Shown piece by piece: positions 1 through 10,308 of a stretch of 64,000 bases of DNA. The stretch's first letter is position 1. Every line of letters starts with the position of its first letter. Source of the stretch: Nitrosopumilus sp. Lineage in GTDB: Archaea; Thermoproteota; Nitrososphaeria; Nitrososphaerales; Nitrosopumilaceae. The translations under genes were made by a program, and so were the position numbers. The DNA is taken from NCBI GenBank assembly GCA_965224195.1, contig OZ245040.1:1856001-1920000 (forward strand), read 5' to 3'. The notes beneath the pieces were generated by a model that saw only the letters and a list, made by a program, of their open reading frames with translations, was not told the DNA's origin and searched no databases.

Positions 1-1734
1 GGAACTCAAGTTGCTGGCGTAATTGCAGCAGATGGTCAAATTATAGGCATTGCGCCAAAGGCAAAAATTTTAGCTTACAAGGTTTCTGAAGATGGAGAAG
101 GAGTTTCATCAGACTTAATCATTAGAGCAATTGAAAAAGCAATTGAAGATGAAGCAGACATTATCAATATTAGTTTAGGAGTAAACAAGACCAATTCAAA
201 AATCGACCGCGCAGTAAACTTGGCATTAGAAAAAGAAATTTTTGTTGTTACTGCAGCAGGTAATGATGGGCCAGGATTAAAAACAATAGGTAGCCCAGGA
301 AGAAATGTTGGATCCGTGACAGTAGGTGCAACATATAACAATCTAACTTCTAGCTTGGTTGCAACTTTAGAAATTGATGAAAAACCATATACAGTTATTC
401 CAATGGTTGGGTCCTCAAAATTAGATACAACGATTACAGGAAAAATAATTTTTGCAGGTTATGGAAAAATTGAAGATTTTGAAAAAATAGATGTGCAAAA
501 TGCAATAGCTATTGTTGAGAGAGGAAGTGATGTAGAAGGAGAATTGTTATATTTTTCAATTAAAGAAAAAAATGCTGCAAGTGCAGGGGCAAAAGCGTTA
601 ATTGTTTACAACGATAAACCAGGAATTTTTTTGGGGGAATTAATTCATGAATTTATAGAAACAGGTTACACGCCACAAATTCCCGTGGTTTCTATAGACA
701 GAGAAGAAGGACTTGAGATTATAGAGTCATTAAAACAAGACAGTGAAGGAATAATGCAGATATTTTATAATCCCGATTTTATAGCACATTTTAGTTCCAG
801 AGGACCTGTATCACCATTTTATATCAAACCAGAAATTGTAGCACCAGGGGCATACATCAATACAACTCAAAATAATGCAGGATACAGCTTTACCAGTGGA
901 ACAAGCTATGCAGCTCCTCATGTTAGTGGTGCAGCAGCGTTACTTTTACAAAAAAACCCAGAACTTCATCATCATGAGATTAAATCTATACTATTGACTA
1001 CAGTTGAACCTGTTTCAGATACCTATGGACAAGAATTTTCCATTCATGAAACAGGTGCTGGGAGATTAGACATAGGAAATGCATATGGTGCAAAACTGAT
1101 CATAGAGCCGCCAAACTTTGTTGCTATTGCATCATCAGATGACAAAATTGTCGAAAGGCAATTTCAACTAAAATCAATTGATGGAACATGGGATGGATTT
1201 GATATAACATTTGATGGACCTGAATTTATTAAATTTGGAGAGGAACTTTTGGATGGAAATATTTTAAAAATAAGAATGAACATATTAGAAGATAATTTTG
1301 GAGACCATGAAGGAACGATAATGATTAATCATGGGAGTACACAGTACAGAGTTCCATTTTTGTTACATTATACACAGGGTTCAGTTTCAGTAAACGAGAA
1401 GAATGAAAAACTATTCTTTGAGATTTATCATCCAGAAGAATGGAGTTTTGCAAAAATTTCAGTAATCAACAGCAAAGATGGAATTGTACATACAACAACT
1501 GCAACACCCGACAAAAAAGCATCAATTGAAATTTATGAAAATTCAGAGTATTGGATAGATGTCAAGATTAGAGTAAATGGAAACACATCAAATGCATTTA
1601 ATACAATAGAGATCAATTCACTTGAAGGAAATTATGATAGAATAGATATACCAGATATTCCAGAAAAACAAATTGGCATAATTGCTATATTTTTAATTGG
1701 AATTGGAATATTTGGATTATTGAAGAGAAGATAG
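1..1734 (+). CDS. S8 subtilisin-like serine peptidase with PA domain and C-terminal membrane anchor (5'-partial)
   Basis: Frame +1 is open from base 1 (GTQVAGVIAADG); AAGNDG and SGTSYAAPHVSG motifs; C-terminal TM followed by KRR. Confidence 0.93.
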   Translation, partial: GTQVAGVIAADGQIIGIAPKAKILAYKVSEDGEGVSSDLIIRAIEKAIEDEADIINISLGVNKTNSKIDRAVNLALEKEIFVVTAAGNDGPGLKTIGSPGRNVGSVTVGATYNNLTSSLVATLEIDEKPYTVIPMVGSSKLDTTITGKIIFAGYGKIEDFEKIDVQNAIAIVERGSDVEGELLYFSIKEKNAASAGAKALIVYNDKPGIFLGELIHEFIETGYTPQIPVVSIDREEGLEIIESLKQDSEGIMQIFYNPDFIAHFSSRGPVSPFYIKPEIVAPGAYINTTQNNAGYSFTSGTSYAAPHVSGAAALLLQKNPELHHHEIKSILLTTVEPVSDTYGQEFSIHETGAGRLDIGNAYGAKLIIEPPNFVAIASSDDKIVERQFQLKSIDGTWDGFDITFDGPEFIKFGEELLDGNILKIRMNILEDNFGDHEGTIMINHGSTQYRVPFLLHYTQGSVSVNEKNEKLFFEIYHPEEWSFAKISVINSKDGIVHTTTATPDKKASIEIYENSEYWIDVKIRVNGNTSNAFNTIEINSLEGNYDRIDIPDIPEKQIGIIAIFLIGIGIFGLLKRR

Positions 1735-1735
1735 G

Positions 1736-3340
1736 TTATTTTTGAAATTTAGGACCAGCATCAACAATTTCAGACGAAACACTTTCAAATTTTGCAAAGT
1801 TTTCAACAAACATTTGTGCTAATTTTTTTGCAGAAAGTTCATAGGAATCTTTGTCAACCCAAGTATTTTTTGGGTCTAAAATATCAGAAGGAACACCTTC
1901 GACTTCAGTAGGAATATCCAGATTGAACAAATCATCATGTCTGTATTTTACAATGTCTAGTGCTCCAGAAAGAGCAGCAGTTACCATTGCACGACTGTAT
2001 TTGATCTTTATTCTTTTTCCAACACCGTATGGACCACCAGACCATCCAGTATTGACTAGGTAAACTACGGTATTATGTTGATTAATTTTTTCTCCGAGAA
2101 GTTTTGCATAAACTGATGCAGTTCTAGGCATAAATGGGGCTCCAAAACACTGAGAAAATACAGATTTTGGTTCTTTAATTCCTCTTTCAGTTCCAGCCAA
2201 TTTACTAGTATATCCAGACATGAAATGATACATGGCACCTTCTTTTGTAAGTCTAGAAACAGGAGGTAAAACACCTAATGCATCTGCAGTCAAAAACACA
2301 ATAACTTTAGGATTACCTCCAACACTTGGAATTACTGCACCAGGGATGTAATCAAGCGGATAGCCAACACGAGTATTTTCAGTTAATGAGTTATCATCAT
2401 AGTCTGGAATATTATCATTTAGTACAACATTTTCTAAAAGAGCACCAGGTTTGATTGCATTCCAAATTTCAGGTTCTGCTTCTTGACTTAGGTTAATACA
2501 CTTTGCATAACATCCACCTTCAAAATTAAAAGTACCATTATCAGACCATCCATGCTCATCATCCCCAATTAATTTTCTATTAGGATCTGCTGAAAGAGTG
2601 GTCTTACCAGTTCCAGATAAACCAAAGAACAAAGCAGTATCACCTTGCTCTCCAATATTTGCAGAACAATGCATTGGGAAAATACCACGACCAGGTAAAA
2701 GAAAATTCATTACACCAAACATTGATTTTTTCATTTCACCAGCATATTCTGTTCCTCCAATCAAAACAATTTTTCTTGTCAAGTCTATTAGAATAAAGAC
2801 ATCAGTTCTAGTTCCGTCAATTTCAGGATCTGCAACAAAATCATTAATACATAAAATTGTAAATTCAGGTTCATGTTTTTTTAATTCATCATCAGTAGGT
2901 CGAATAAACAAATTACTTGAAAACATACTTTGCCAAACATGATCATTGATTACTCTAATTGGTAAACGAATTTCTGGATCAGATCCTACAAATCCATCAA
3001 AAACAAACAGTTCCTTATTATCAACATAGTCTTTCATTTTTTCAAAAAGTTTTCCAAATTTACCACTTGGGAATTGATGGTTGATTTTTCCCCAATCAAT
3101 TGTGTCATGAGTTTTATCATCATATACAATAAAACGGTCATCAGGAGATCTGCCGGTATATTTGCCAGTATCTACTGAAAGTGAGCCTGTAGAATTCACC
3201 ACTCCTTCCTTCCTTTCAACTGCCAATTTTACCATATCATCTACGCTAAGATTTCTGTGGACTTTGGATGGCTTGATTCCAAATTGAGTTAATTGTGACG
3301 AAAACTTTTCAGTTGCTGCAGTACCTAGTACGTGGGTCAG
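1736..3340 (-). CDS. pckA: Phosphoenolpyruvate carboxykinase (ATP)
   Basis: GLSGTGKTTLS P-loop, IGDDEHGW, NFEGGCYAK. The frame extends 35 codons above ATG 3235 to a CTG at 3340 preceded by GGAGG. Confidence 0.95.
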   Translation of the reverse strand: MTHVLGTAATEKFSSQLTQFGIKPSKVHRNLSVDDMVKLAVERKEGVVNSTGSLSVDTGKYTGRSPDDRFIVYDDKTHDTIDWGKINHQFPSGKFGKLFEKMKDYVDNKELFVFDGFVGSDPEIRLPIRVINDHVWQSMFSSNLFIRPTDDELKKHEPEFTILCINDFVADPEIDGTRTDVFILIDLTRKIVLIGGTEYAGEMKKSMFGVMNFLLPGRGIFPMHCSANIGEQGDTALFFGLSGTGKTTLSADPNRKLIGDDEHGWSDNGTFNFEGGCYAKCINLSQEAEPEIWNAIKPGALLENVVLNDNIPDYDDNSLTENTRVGYPLDYIPGAVIPSVGGNPKVIVFLTADALGVLPPVSRLTKEGAMYHFMSGYTSKLAGTERGIKEPKSVFSQCFGAPFMPRTASVYAKLLGEKINQHNTVVYLVNTGWSGGPYGVGKRIKIKYSRAMVTAALSGALDIVKYRHDDLFNLDIPTEVEGVPSDILDPKNTWVDKDSYELSAKKLAQMFVENFAKFESVSSEIVDAGPKFQK

Positions 3341-3488
3341 AGGATTATGCCTCCAGAAATATGATTATTAATCCCAGGCTGAGTCATGAGATATTCGATC
3401 CGACCTAAGTTTCCTTATTATCTTTTTCTTATAGAGAATTTTTTCTCATCTAGGAACGTATTTATTCCAAAATTCAAAACTCAATTTC

Positions 3489-3893
3489 ATGACGATTAAC
3501 AAAGAATTGCTTGCAAAGAGAAAAGAGGTCAAAGAAAACAAGCCAGACTTTGTAAGACCAGAAAGTTGGCGTTATGTTAGACTTCAAACTAATTGGAGAA
3601 AACCAAAAGGTATTGATCATCACCAAAGAAAACAAAAAAGCAGAGGCCGTCCAGGTCTTGTTAAAATTGGATATGGCGGACCTAAAGAGGCAAGAGGACT
3701 ACATCCTTCAGGATTTACAGATAACTTAGTTTTCAACTTGAACGATTTAGAGAAATTAGACCCAAAGAAAGATGGTGTCAGATTTGGCCACAGTGTTGGT
3801 ACTAAAAAAAGAAAAGAAATCATAGTTAAAGCAATTGAACAAAAATTCAAAATTTTTAACGCGAGAGTGAGTGCAAGTGGTAGTAAATCTTAG
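3489..3893 (+). CDS. rpl32e: 50S ribosomal protein L32e
   Basis: WRKPKGID and RGLHPSGF motifs. Confidence 0.97.
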   Translation: MTINKELLAKRKEVKENKPDFVRPESWRYVRLQTNWRKPKGIDHHQRKQKSRGRPGLVKIGYGGPKEARGLHPSGFTDNLVFNLNDLEKLDPKKDGVRFGHSVGTKKRKEIIVKAIEQKFKIFNARVSASGSKS

Positions 3894-4332
3894 AGCTAAA
3901 AAAAGACTTGCAGCCAGAATTACTGGTGTTGGAGTTCATAGAATTAGATTCGATACAGACCACTTAGACGATATTGCAGATGCAATTACAAGGGAAAATA
4001 TTAGAAGTCTTATCACTGCAAACACAATTAAAATTAAATCATTTACAGGTACATCAAAAGGAAGAGCACATGATAAGAAAGCTCAGAAAAATAAAAGAGG
4101 TACTACTCAAGGTTCTAAACAAGGAAGAAAAGGTGCAAGAGTAGGTAAGAAAGAAGTCTATGTAGCAAAAGTTAGAGCATTAAGACGATTATTAAAAATT
4201 GCAAAAGACAGAAAAGATTTGACTAATCCAGAATTCTGGGCTCTTTACAAGAAAGTAGGTGGAAATACAGTTAGAAACAAAGCTCACCTCAGAACTTTGA
4301 TGGTAGAGATTAAAGAAAAACGAAAAGATTAG
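3877..4332 (+). CDS. rpl19e: 50S ribosomal protein L19e
   Basis: NLRAKKRLAA...AITRENIRSLI...GRKGAR; follows rpl32e. Confidence 0.97.
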   Translation: MVVNLRAKKRLAARITGVGVHRIRFDTDHLDDIADAITRENIRSLITANTIKIKSFTGTSKGRAHDKKAQKNKRGTTQGSKQGRKGARVGKKEVYVAKVRALRRLLKIAKDRKDLTNPEFWALYKKVGGNTVRNKAHLRTLMVEIKEKRKD

Positions 4333-4628
4333 AATCTATAAAGTTTATTTTCTAATTCTACAATTTTGCCATTTTGAATTTCAATTCCTTCATCATTTAA
4401 CATCTTAGTTTTAACATGTTCTCCATACGCATAGCCACCAATTTTTCCAGTAGACATTACAACTCTGTGACAAGGAATAATCACAGGATAAGGATTTTTG
4501 TTCATTATCTTTCCAACTACACGTTGACCATTTTTTAATCTAACAGCTTTTGCTAATTCTCCATAAGTGGTAATTTGGCCTTTAGGAACTTCAAGTAATT
4601 TTTTATAAATTTTTTGTTGAAGATTCAT
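4329..4628 (-). CDS. ogt: Methylated-DNA-protein-cysteine methyltransferase (MGMT family)
   Basis: TTYGELA and IPCHRVV active-site motif. Confidence 0.9.
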   Translation of the reverse strand: MNLQQKIYKKLLEVPKGQITTYGELAKAVRLKNGQRVVGKIMNKNPYPVIIPCHRVVMSTGKIGGYAYGEHVKTKMLNDEGIEIQNGKIVELENKLYRF

Positions 4629-5401
4629 ATCTTGATGACCTCAAGATCTGTAGATTTCAAAAGTTCAAGTATTTTTTGTTTGTGAGATCCCAATCCACGC
4701 CAATCTAAAAGAGCAGTTTTTGCCATACTATTTTGAGTTAGAATATGAGAAAATAATTTTTCATCCAGATCACCCAATGCATGTTTAGGGATAACTGTAC
4801 CAAGAGCATATTTTCCATCCAGTAATTCATTTGTAAATTTTGAAGGATAATGAGTGCCACCAAAGCAAATTGCTACAGGGTGTTCCTTAATTGGTTGGCT
4901 CATTACTTTATGAACTAATTTTGCAACAGAATTACATAGAGACTCATCAGTCCATTGATTTTCAGTAGTGCCAATTTCTACAAATATGGATGGCTTTGTT
5001 AGTGCAGTAGGTCCATGATGAGTCGCCTCTATAGTAATTTGGAAATCTAAGAATTTCGATTCATTTTTCTTTAAAGTTTGAAGATATGCTTTTTGAAAAG
5101 CAGATTTTGGAACTGCTACTTGTCTATCATTTCCACCAAATTTTGCAGTTGAAAAATTTCCTGTACTATGACATGTTAAAGCTAAAACTCCAGATTCAGC
5201 TGCATGTTTTGAAAGAAAAATAAATCCATCATAATCATATTTTTCTTCTAACCAATCAGCAGAAATTGCAGGTGTTGGAATGATTAAAAGATCATAATAT
5301 TTTCCGCGAAAAACATCACCATTTTTTGTCATTTCTTTAGAAAGAAATTTTGCCATATTATGACCTGCAGGGTCATCTTGATACGCAACTAGTAATTCCA
5401 T
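4625..5401 (-). CDS. dtdA: Archaeal D-aminoacyl-tRNA deacylase
   Basis: LSKH, EATHHGPT, FVEIGT, GGTHY motifs; start placed at MELLVAY. Confidence 0.9.
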   Translation of the reverse strand: MELLVAYQDDPAGHNMAKFLSKEMTKNGDVFRGKYYDLLIIPTPAISADWLEEKYDYDGFIFLSKHAAESGVLALTCHSTGNFSTAKFGGNDRQVAVPKSAFQKAYLQTLKKNESKFLDFQITIEATHHGPTALTKPSIFVEIGTTENQWTDESLCNSVAKLVHKVMSQPIKEHPVAICFGGTHYPSKFTNELLDGKYALGTVIPKHALGDLDEKLFSHILTQNSMAKTALLDWRGLGSHKQKILELLKSTDLEVIKI

Positions 5402-5440
5402 GAGATAAGAGATATAAGGACACCTTATTAATTTCCAGCA

Positions 5441-5614
5441 ATGAATCCTAGGCAGACTTTGAAAAACATGGCCAATACTATGAAAATGGCCAAGAAGCCA
5501 GACAAAGATGAATATCAACAACATCTTAGACTCGTTTTGTTAGGAATAGCAGGAGTAGGAGCTATTGGTTTTACAATTCAGTTTGTCTTTTCTGTGATTA
5601 CATTTGGTAGATAA
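5441..5614 (+). CDS. secE: Protein translocase SecE/Sec61-gamma (57 aa, not in the ORF track)
   Basis: Manual translation MNPRQTLKNMANTMKMAKKPDKDEY...GIAGVGAIGFTI; directly upstream of spt5. Confidence 0.93.
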   Translation: MNPRQTLKNMANTMKMAKKPDKDEYQQHLRLVLLGIAGVGAIGFTIQFVFSVITFGR

Positions 5615-5616
5615 AA

Positions 5617-6075
5617 ATGTCTGAAGAAATAGAATCACACTTGTTTGCAATTAGAACCACTGGAGGGCAGGAAAAAGTGGTCATGAGATTATTAGAAGCT
5701 AAAGCCAATGCAAATCAAATTAACATTCAATCAGTATTTTGGGTAAGTGACTTGAAAGGATATGTGGTAATTGAAGCAGTCAATCCTAGTGACGCTTATC
5801 TTGCAGTAGAAGGAGTCAGACATATTCGAGGTCAATTAAGAGGAGAATTAGAATTCAAAGATATCGAGGGATATCTAATCAAAAAATCAACAGTATCACA
5901 ATTAACAGTAGATAATGTAGTAGAAATTACAGGTGGACCATTCAAGGGAATGAAGGCAACAATTACTAGAATTGATGTCGACAAAGAAGAAGCAACTGTA
6001 GTTTTGTTAGATGCATCATACCAATTACCAGTCACAGTAGACGCAAACTACCTAAAGCTGTCTAGTGAGGCTTAG
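5617..6075 (+). CDS. spt5: Transcription elongation factor Spt5
   Basis: NGN domain plus KOW (VEITGGPFKG); secE-spt5-rpl11 synteny. Confidence 0.96.
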   Translation: MSEEIESHLFAIRTTGGQEKVVMRLLEAKANANQINIQSVFWVSDLKGYVVIEAVNPSDAYLAVEGVRHIRGQLRGELEFKDIEGYLIKKSTVSQLTVDNVVEITGGPFKGMKATITRIDVDKEEATVVLLDASYQLPVTVDANYLKLSSEA

Positions 6076-6110
6076 GAAGGATTAAATTTTCAATTTGAGT
6101 TTGATTTAAC

Positions 6111-6590
6111 ATGGGAGAACAAAAAGTATCATCACTTGTAACAGGCGGAGGAGCATCAGCAGGTCCACCATTAGGTCCAGCCTTAGGTCCTCTAGGAGTT
6201 AACATCATGGAAGTCATTAAATCAATTAATGATAAAACTAAAGATTTTGAAGGAATGAAAGTTCCAGTTACCGTAATCGTTGATACTGATACAAAAAAAT
6301 ATGAAATTGAAATTGGAATCCCATCAGCTGCTGCTCTTATCATGAAAGAAGTAGGAATCACAAAAGGTTCAGGTGCATCAGGTACTGAATGGGCAGGAGA
6401 TGTTACAATGGATTCAATTGTCAAAGTAGCAAATACAAAACTTGAAAAATCTTATGCTTCTTCACTAAAATCAGTTGCAAAGACAATCATTGGAACATGT
6501 GTAGCATTAGGAGTAAAAGTGGAAGGTAAAACTCCTAAAGAAGTCACTGCCGAAATTAACGAAGGCAAGTGGGATGCAAAATTCCAATAA
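6111..6590 (+). CDS. rpl11: 50S ribosomal protein L11
   Basis: GGASAGPPLGPALGPLG motif. Confidence 0.97.
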   Translation: MGEQKVSSLVTGGGASAGPPLGPALGPLGVNIMEVIKSINDKTKDFEGMKVPVTVIVDTDTKKYEIEIGIPSAAALIMKEVGITKGSGASGTEWAGDVTMDSIVKVANTKLEKSYASSLKSVAKTIIGTCVALGVKVEGKTPKEVTAEINEGKWDAKFQ

Positions 6591-6660
6591 TTAAAAATAG
6601 ATTTTAAACTCTTTTGAATTTAGTCAATATCTTCAAGTTTAAAAATTTTCTAGTAAATTC

Positions 6661-6834
6661 ATGACAGATGATAGATATGAAACAATTTCAATTGAATCAA
6701 AAATTAGAGAGGGGGTTTTTCATAAAGTTGTCAAAGACTTGGAAAGCGGAAAAGCTGTTTCTTGTTCTTGTAAATGTTGGAGTAAAGGAAAAAAGCCTTG
6801 TGTAGGCATGAGAACCATTGGTTATGAAAGTTGA
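6661..6834 (+). CDS. Small Cys-containing protein (SWIM-finger-like, 57 aa)
   Basis: Manual translation MTDDRYETISIESK...SCSCKCWSKGKKPCVGM; fills the intergenic gap. Confidence 0.5.
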   Translation: MTDDRYETISIESKIREGVFHKVVKDLESGKAVSCSCKCWSKGKKPCVGMRTIGYES

Positions 6835-6985
6835 TTTAATTTGAGCCTTTTTTCAAATTCTAAACTCCTCAAATGACTTTTATCCCTATAGGAATTTTGT
6901 TCTTCGTGGGCTAGATGGGTACTACTTACCTGTCAAGTCCACATCTAAAAATAAAAAAATTTAGAATAATAAAATTTCCAACGTA

Positions 6986-7090
6986 CTAAAATAACCAACT
7001 AACAATTACAACCGCACCAATTGCAAATACAGCTACTATTCCACCAACTAATCCTACTTTTGCTACGTTGGGTAATCCTTCTAAATCCAT
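6986..7090 (-). CDS. Small single-TM protein (34 aa)
   Basis: MDLEGLPNVAKVGLVGGIVAVFAIGAVVIVSWLF, 11 nt downstream of the Lrp gene. Confidence 0.5.
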   Translation of the reverse strand: MDLEGLPNVAKVGLVGGIVAVFAIGAVVIVSWLF

Positions 7091-7101
7091 GATGTTCAAA
7101 A

Positions 7102-7557
7102 TTATTGAATAAGGTATACAGGATCTTTATCGGTTTTTTGTAATTCTACAAAGGTTTCAGTATTTTGAATACCCTCTATTTTTCCGATTTTTTCAATTAC
7201 TATAGTGTGCAAAGATTCAAGATTCTTTGCATAAACGTGAATCATAATATCAAATCTGCCAGTTACTTCTGAAATAGAGACAACTTCAGCAGTTTCCAAG
7301 AATTGTTTTTGAATTGAATCCTTGAATTTTGGATCTCGATTGATTCCAACAGTAGCCTTTACTCCAATTCCCAATAATGAATCATCAATCTCAATAGTGA
7401 ATTTTTTAATGAGTTTTTTCTTCAATAGTCTCTTAATTCTACTGTAAAGAACAGATGCATTGATTCCTAGTTTTTTTGATAAAGTAGGAACAGAAATTGA
7501 ACCATCATTGGTTAATTCATAAAGTAATTTCATATCTAATTCGTCAAATCTATGCAA
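7102..7557 (-). CDS. Lrp/AsnC family transcriptional regulator
   Basis: N-terminal HTH (DELDMKLL...SRIKRL) and RAM domain (VTGRFDI). Confidence 0.92.
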   Translation of the reverse strand: MHRFDELDMKLLYELTNDGSISVPTLSKKLGINASVLYSRIKRLLKKKLIKKFTIEIDDSLLGIGVKATVGINRDPKFKDSIQKQFLETAEVVSISEVTGRFDIMIHVYAKNLESLHTIVIEKIGKIEGIQNTETFVELQKTDKDPVYLIQ

Positions 7558-7724
7558 CGTGTTCGAAAAATATGGTTCTGATTTAATATATGTAGGGTTT
7601 CAGTATAATATCCATCTTAATTGTAATAATTTTAGTGAAAATATGTAATTTTTTAAAATAAATGAGGGGCAAAAAACTCAATCTCTAAACGATTTTAAGG
7701 AGGTTTTCTAGAAATTGTTTCGTA

Positions 7725-8387
7725 ATGATTACAGATGCACAGATTATGGAATTGCTTAAACAAGCAAGAGCCGCTACAAAGGAGCGTAAATTCAAAGAAT
7801 CTATAGAATTAATCATTACTTTCAAAGATATTGATGTAAAGAAAGGATTTGCAATTAACGAAGTTGTTCAACTTCCAAAAACTAGTTCTCCAGCAACTGT
7901 TTGTATTATAGCTACAGGAGAAATGAATCAAAAAGCTAAAGCCGCAAAAGCTGATACAGTTATTGGAACAGAAGAATTAGATAAATTTGGAGCTAACAAA
8001 AGAGAGTCTCGAAAATTCATTAACAAACATGATTTCTTTTTAGCAGATACAAAAGTAATGCCAACAGTTGGTAAAACTTTGGGTCAACTTTTAGGTCCAA
8101 GAGGAAAAATGCCAACACCAGTTCCTTTTGATGCATCCATTGAAGCATTTTTAGAAAGATTTAGATCTTGTATCAAAGTAAGAGCAAGAGCATCACTTTC
8201 AATTTCAGCTAAGATTGGAGATGTATCAATGGATGATACAGATTTAACAATTAATGCACATACGGTTCTATCTGCAATTGAAAAGAAATTACCAAACGGC
8301 GAGAAAAATATGAAAAAGATTTTAATTAAAACCACAATGGGCAAGCCAGTAAAACAAGCACAAGAGGTTAAGAAAAAATATGCATGA
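7725..8387 (+). CDS. rpl1: 50S ribosomal protein L1
   Basis: LGPRGKMP and KTTMGKP motifs. Confidence 0.97.
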   Translation: MITDAQIMELLKQARAATKERKFKESIELIITFKDIDVKKGFAINEVVQLPKTSSPATVCIIATGEMNQKAKAAKADTVIGTEELDKFGANKRESRKFINKHDFFLADTKVMPTVGKTLGQLLGPRGKMPTPVPFDASIEAFLERFRSCIKVRARASLSISAKIGDVSMDDTDLTINAHTVLSAIEKKLPNGEKNMKKILIKTTMGKPVKQAQEVKKKYA

Positions 8388-9246
8388 AAATAGAACTTCA
8401 TATCCTAAAGGGAAAACCCAAATGTATCAACAATTACAAGAACTTCCAAAAAAATACAAAGTTTTAGCTGTAATTAAAATGAGAAAAGTTCGTTCTACAC
8501 AAATTCTCCCATTAAGAAAAACTCTTGCAGGCGAAGTAGAATTTTTCAGCATCAAAGATAAACTTGCAAAAAAAGCATTTGAGAAACTTGATGTACCAGG
8601 AATCAAAGACATTGCAGACAAACTAACAGGACAATGCATGTTTTTGTTTACAGACATGTCACCATTCAAGCTAAACGTTCTTCTTGCTAAAAACAAAGTT
8701 ATGATGGCAGCAAGGGGCGGAGATCTTGCAAGTTTTGATATTGTAGTTCCTGCAAAAAACACAGGAATTGCACCAGGACCAATGCTTACAGAATTCAAAG
8801 AAGCAGGAATTCCAACTAAAATTGATCAAGGAACAATTTGGATTGCAAAGGATAATACTCCAGTGAAAAAAGGAGAAGCAATCAACGAAAAATTAGCATC
8901 CATTCTAGGTAAATTAGATATCAAACCAGTAGAAGCAGGAATTTCACTTGTTACAGCATTAGAAGCTGGAACGGTATATGCTGAGGAGGAGATGATAATT
9001 GATGTTGAGAAAATTAGAAATGCATTTACTCAACTACACCAAGAAGCAGTTACACTATCAATTGAAGCAGGATATATCACAGCAGATAATATTTCACAAA
9101 TCCTTAGCAAAGCTTCTCAATCTGCACGTTCTGTATCTGTTGAATCAGGATTTATGACTGATGAAACAAAAGAGCAAATTCTGCAAAAAGCAGATTCTCA
9201 AGCAAAATCAGTTGCTGGAAAAGCAAAAGACTACACTCCTGCTTAA
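8380..9246 (+). CDS. rpl10: 50S ribosomal protein L10 (P0)
   Basis: NTGIAPGP, GIPTKIDQGTIWI; follows rpl1. Confidence 0.96.
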   Translation: MHENRTSYPKGKTQMYQQLQELPKKYKVLAVIKMRKVRSTQILPLRKTLAGEVEFFSIKDKLAKKAFEKLDVPGIKDIADKLTGQCMFLFTDMSPFKLNVLLAKNKVMMAARGGDLASFDIVVPAKNTGIAPGPMLTEFKEAGIPTKIDQGTIWIAKDNTPVKKGEAINEKLASILGKLDIKPVEAGISLVTALEAGTVYAEEEMIIDVEKIRNAFTQLHQEAVTLSIEAGYITADNISQILSKASQSARSVSVESGFMTDETKEQILQKADSQAKSVAGKAKDYTPA

Positions 9247-9884
9247 GATTCTCTAACTTTAGGAAGATTCCAATTATACTTCATTGCAAGTAATCTGATT
9301 CCAGTTCCTGCAATTATTCCAATTACAGATGCAATCTGTACATCTACTCCAGATGAAAGTATTGCATAAAATACCACAATTCCAATTATACTGGCAATAG
9401 CATATACTTCTTTGACAAAAACTATTGGAATTTTTCGAACAAAGACATCTCGCAGTATTCCACCACCAATTGCTGTAATCATTCCTCCAAAGAGCATTGG
9501 AAGAAAATTCAAACCAATCACCTGATATGCAATTGATGCTCCCAATATTGAAAAGACTCCTAGTCCCACTGCATCAAATACTAACCAGACATTCATTTTA
9601 TTTTTAAGTCGTGTAAAAAAGAAAAACATCAAAACTCCGATAGATACAGTTAATCCAACATAGATAGGGTCAGAAAAAGCCGTAGGGAACCTACCAAATA
9701 TTACATCACGAGTTACCCCACCACCAATTCCCACTACAGTAGCTAAAACAATTATTCCAAAAATATCGGCCTTGTGTGCAATAGCTTTTGAAGCTCCAGT
9801 TACTGCAAAGGCAATTGTCCCCAAATAATCTAAAATGCTAATGAACCCATCTATTGGAAATGAAAAATCTACCATCCATTGCAA
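9243..9884 (-). CDS. Trimeric intracellular cation channel (TRIC/UPF0126) membrane protein
   Basis: Duplicated GGGxxRD motifs, DAVGLG, multiple TM helices. Confidence 0.88.
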   Translation of the reverse strand: MQWMVDFSFPIDGFISILDYLGTIAFAVTGASKAIAHKADIFGIIVLATVVGIGGGVTRDVIFGRFPTAFSDPIYVGLTVSIGVLMFFFFTRLKNKMNVWLVFDAVGLGVFSILGASIAYQVIGLNFLPMLFGGMITAIGGGILRDVFVRKIPIVFVKEVYAIASIIGIVVFYAILSSGVDVQIASVIGIIAGTGIRLLAMKYNWNLPKVRES

Positions 9885-9956
9885 ATGAAGAGCTATGGCT
9901 AATTAAGATTTGATAAAAATAAAGATCAAAAGTAAATTTGATTAAAATAAAGTTGC

Positions 9957-10250
9957 TTAGCCAAATAAGGAAGACAATCCTTCCATGGCTGCTTCTTCGT
10001 TTTTAGGTTCTTCTTTCTTCTTTTCTTCTTTTGCCGGGGCTGCTGCTGCCGGTGCTGCGGCTGCTGCAACTGCTACTGGGGCGGCTTTAACTGCCTCAAC
10101 GATGTTAACATTGGCTAAGGCTGCAACTAGTGATTTAACTTGGGCATCATTAACTTCAGCACCAGATGCTTTAACAACTGATGTAAGGTTTGCCTCGTTA
10201 ACTTCTTTGTCTAGTTTGTGAAGAAGTAAAGCAGCGTAAACATATTCCAT
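9957..10250 (-). CDS. rpl12: 50S ribosomal protein L12 (P1)
   Basis: [11 protein letters not shown], Ala-rich hinge, GLSSLFG end. Confidence 0.97.
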   Translation of the reverse strand: MEYVYAALLLHKLDKEVNEANLTSVVKASGAEVNDAQVKSLVAALANVNIVEAVKAAPVAVAAAAAPAAAAPAKEEKKKEEPKNEEAAMEGLSSLFG

Positions 10251-10308
10251 TATATCGAGATTTTCTTAGGGCATAATATAAAACTATGGAGAAGTTACGC
10301 CTAGAAAT

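Noticed and set aside
9243-10250. rpl12 inverted relative to rpl1-rpl10
   Set aside because: The genes are intact with no mobility signature; probably a lineage-level rearrangement.
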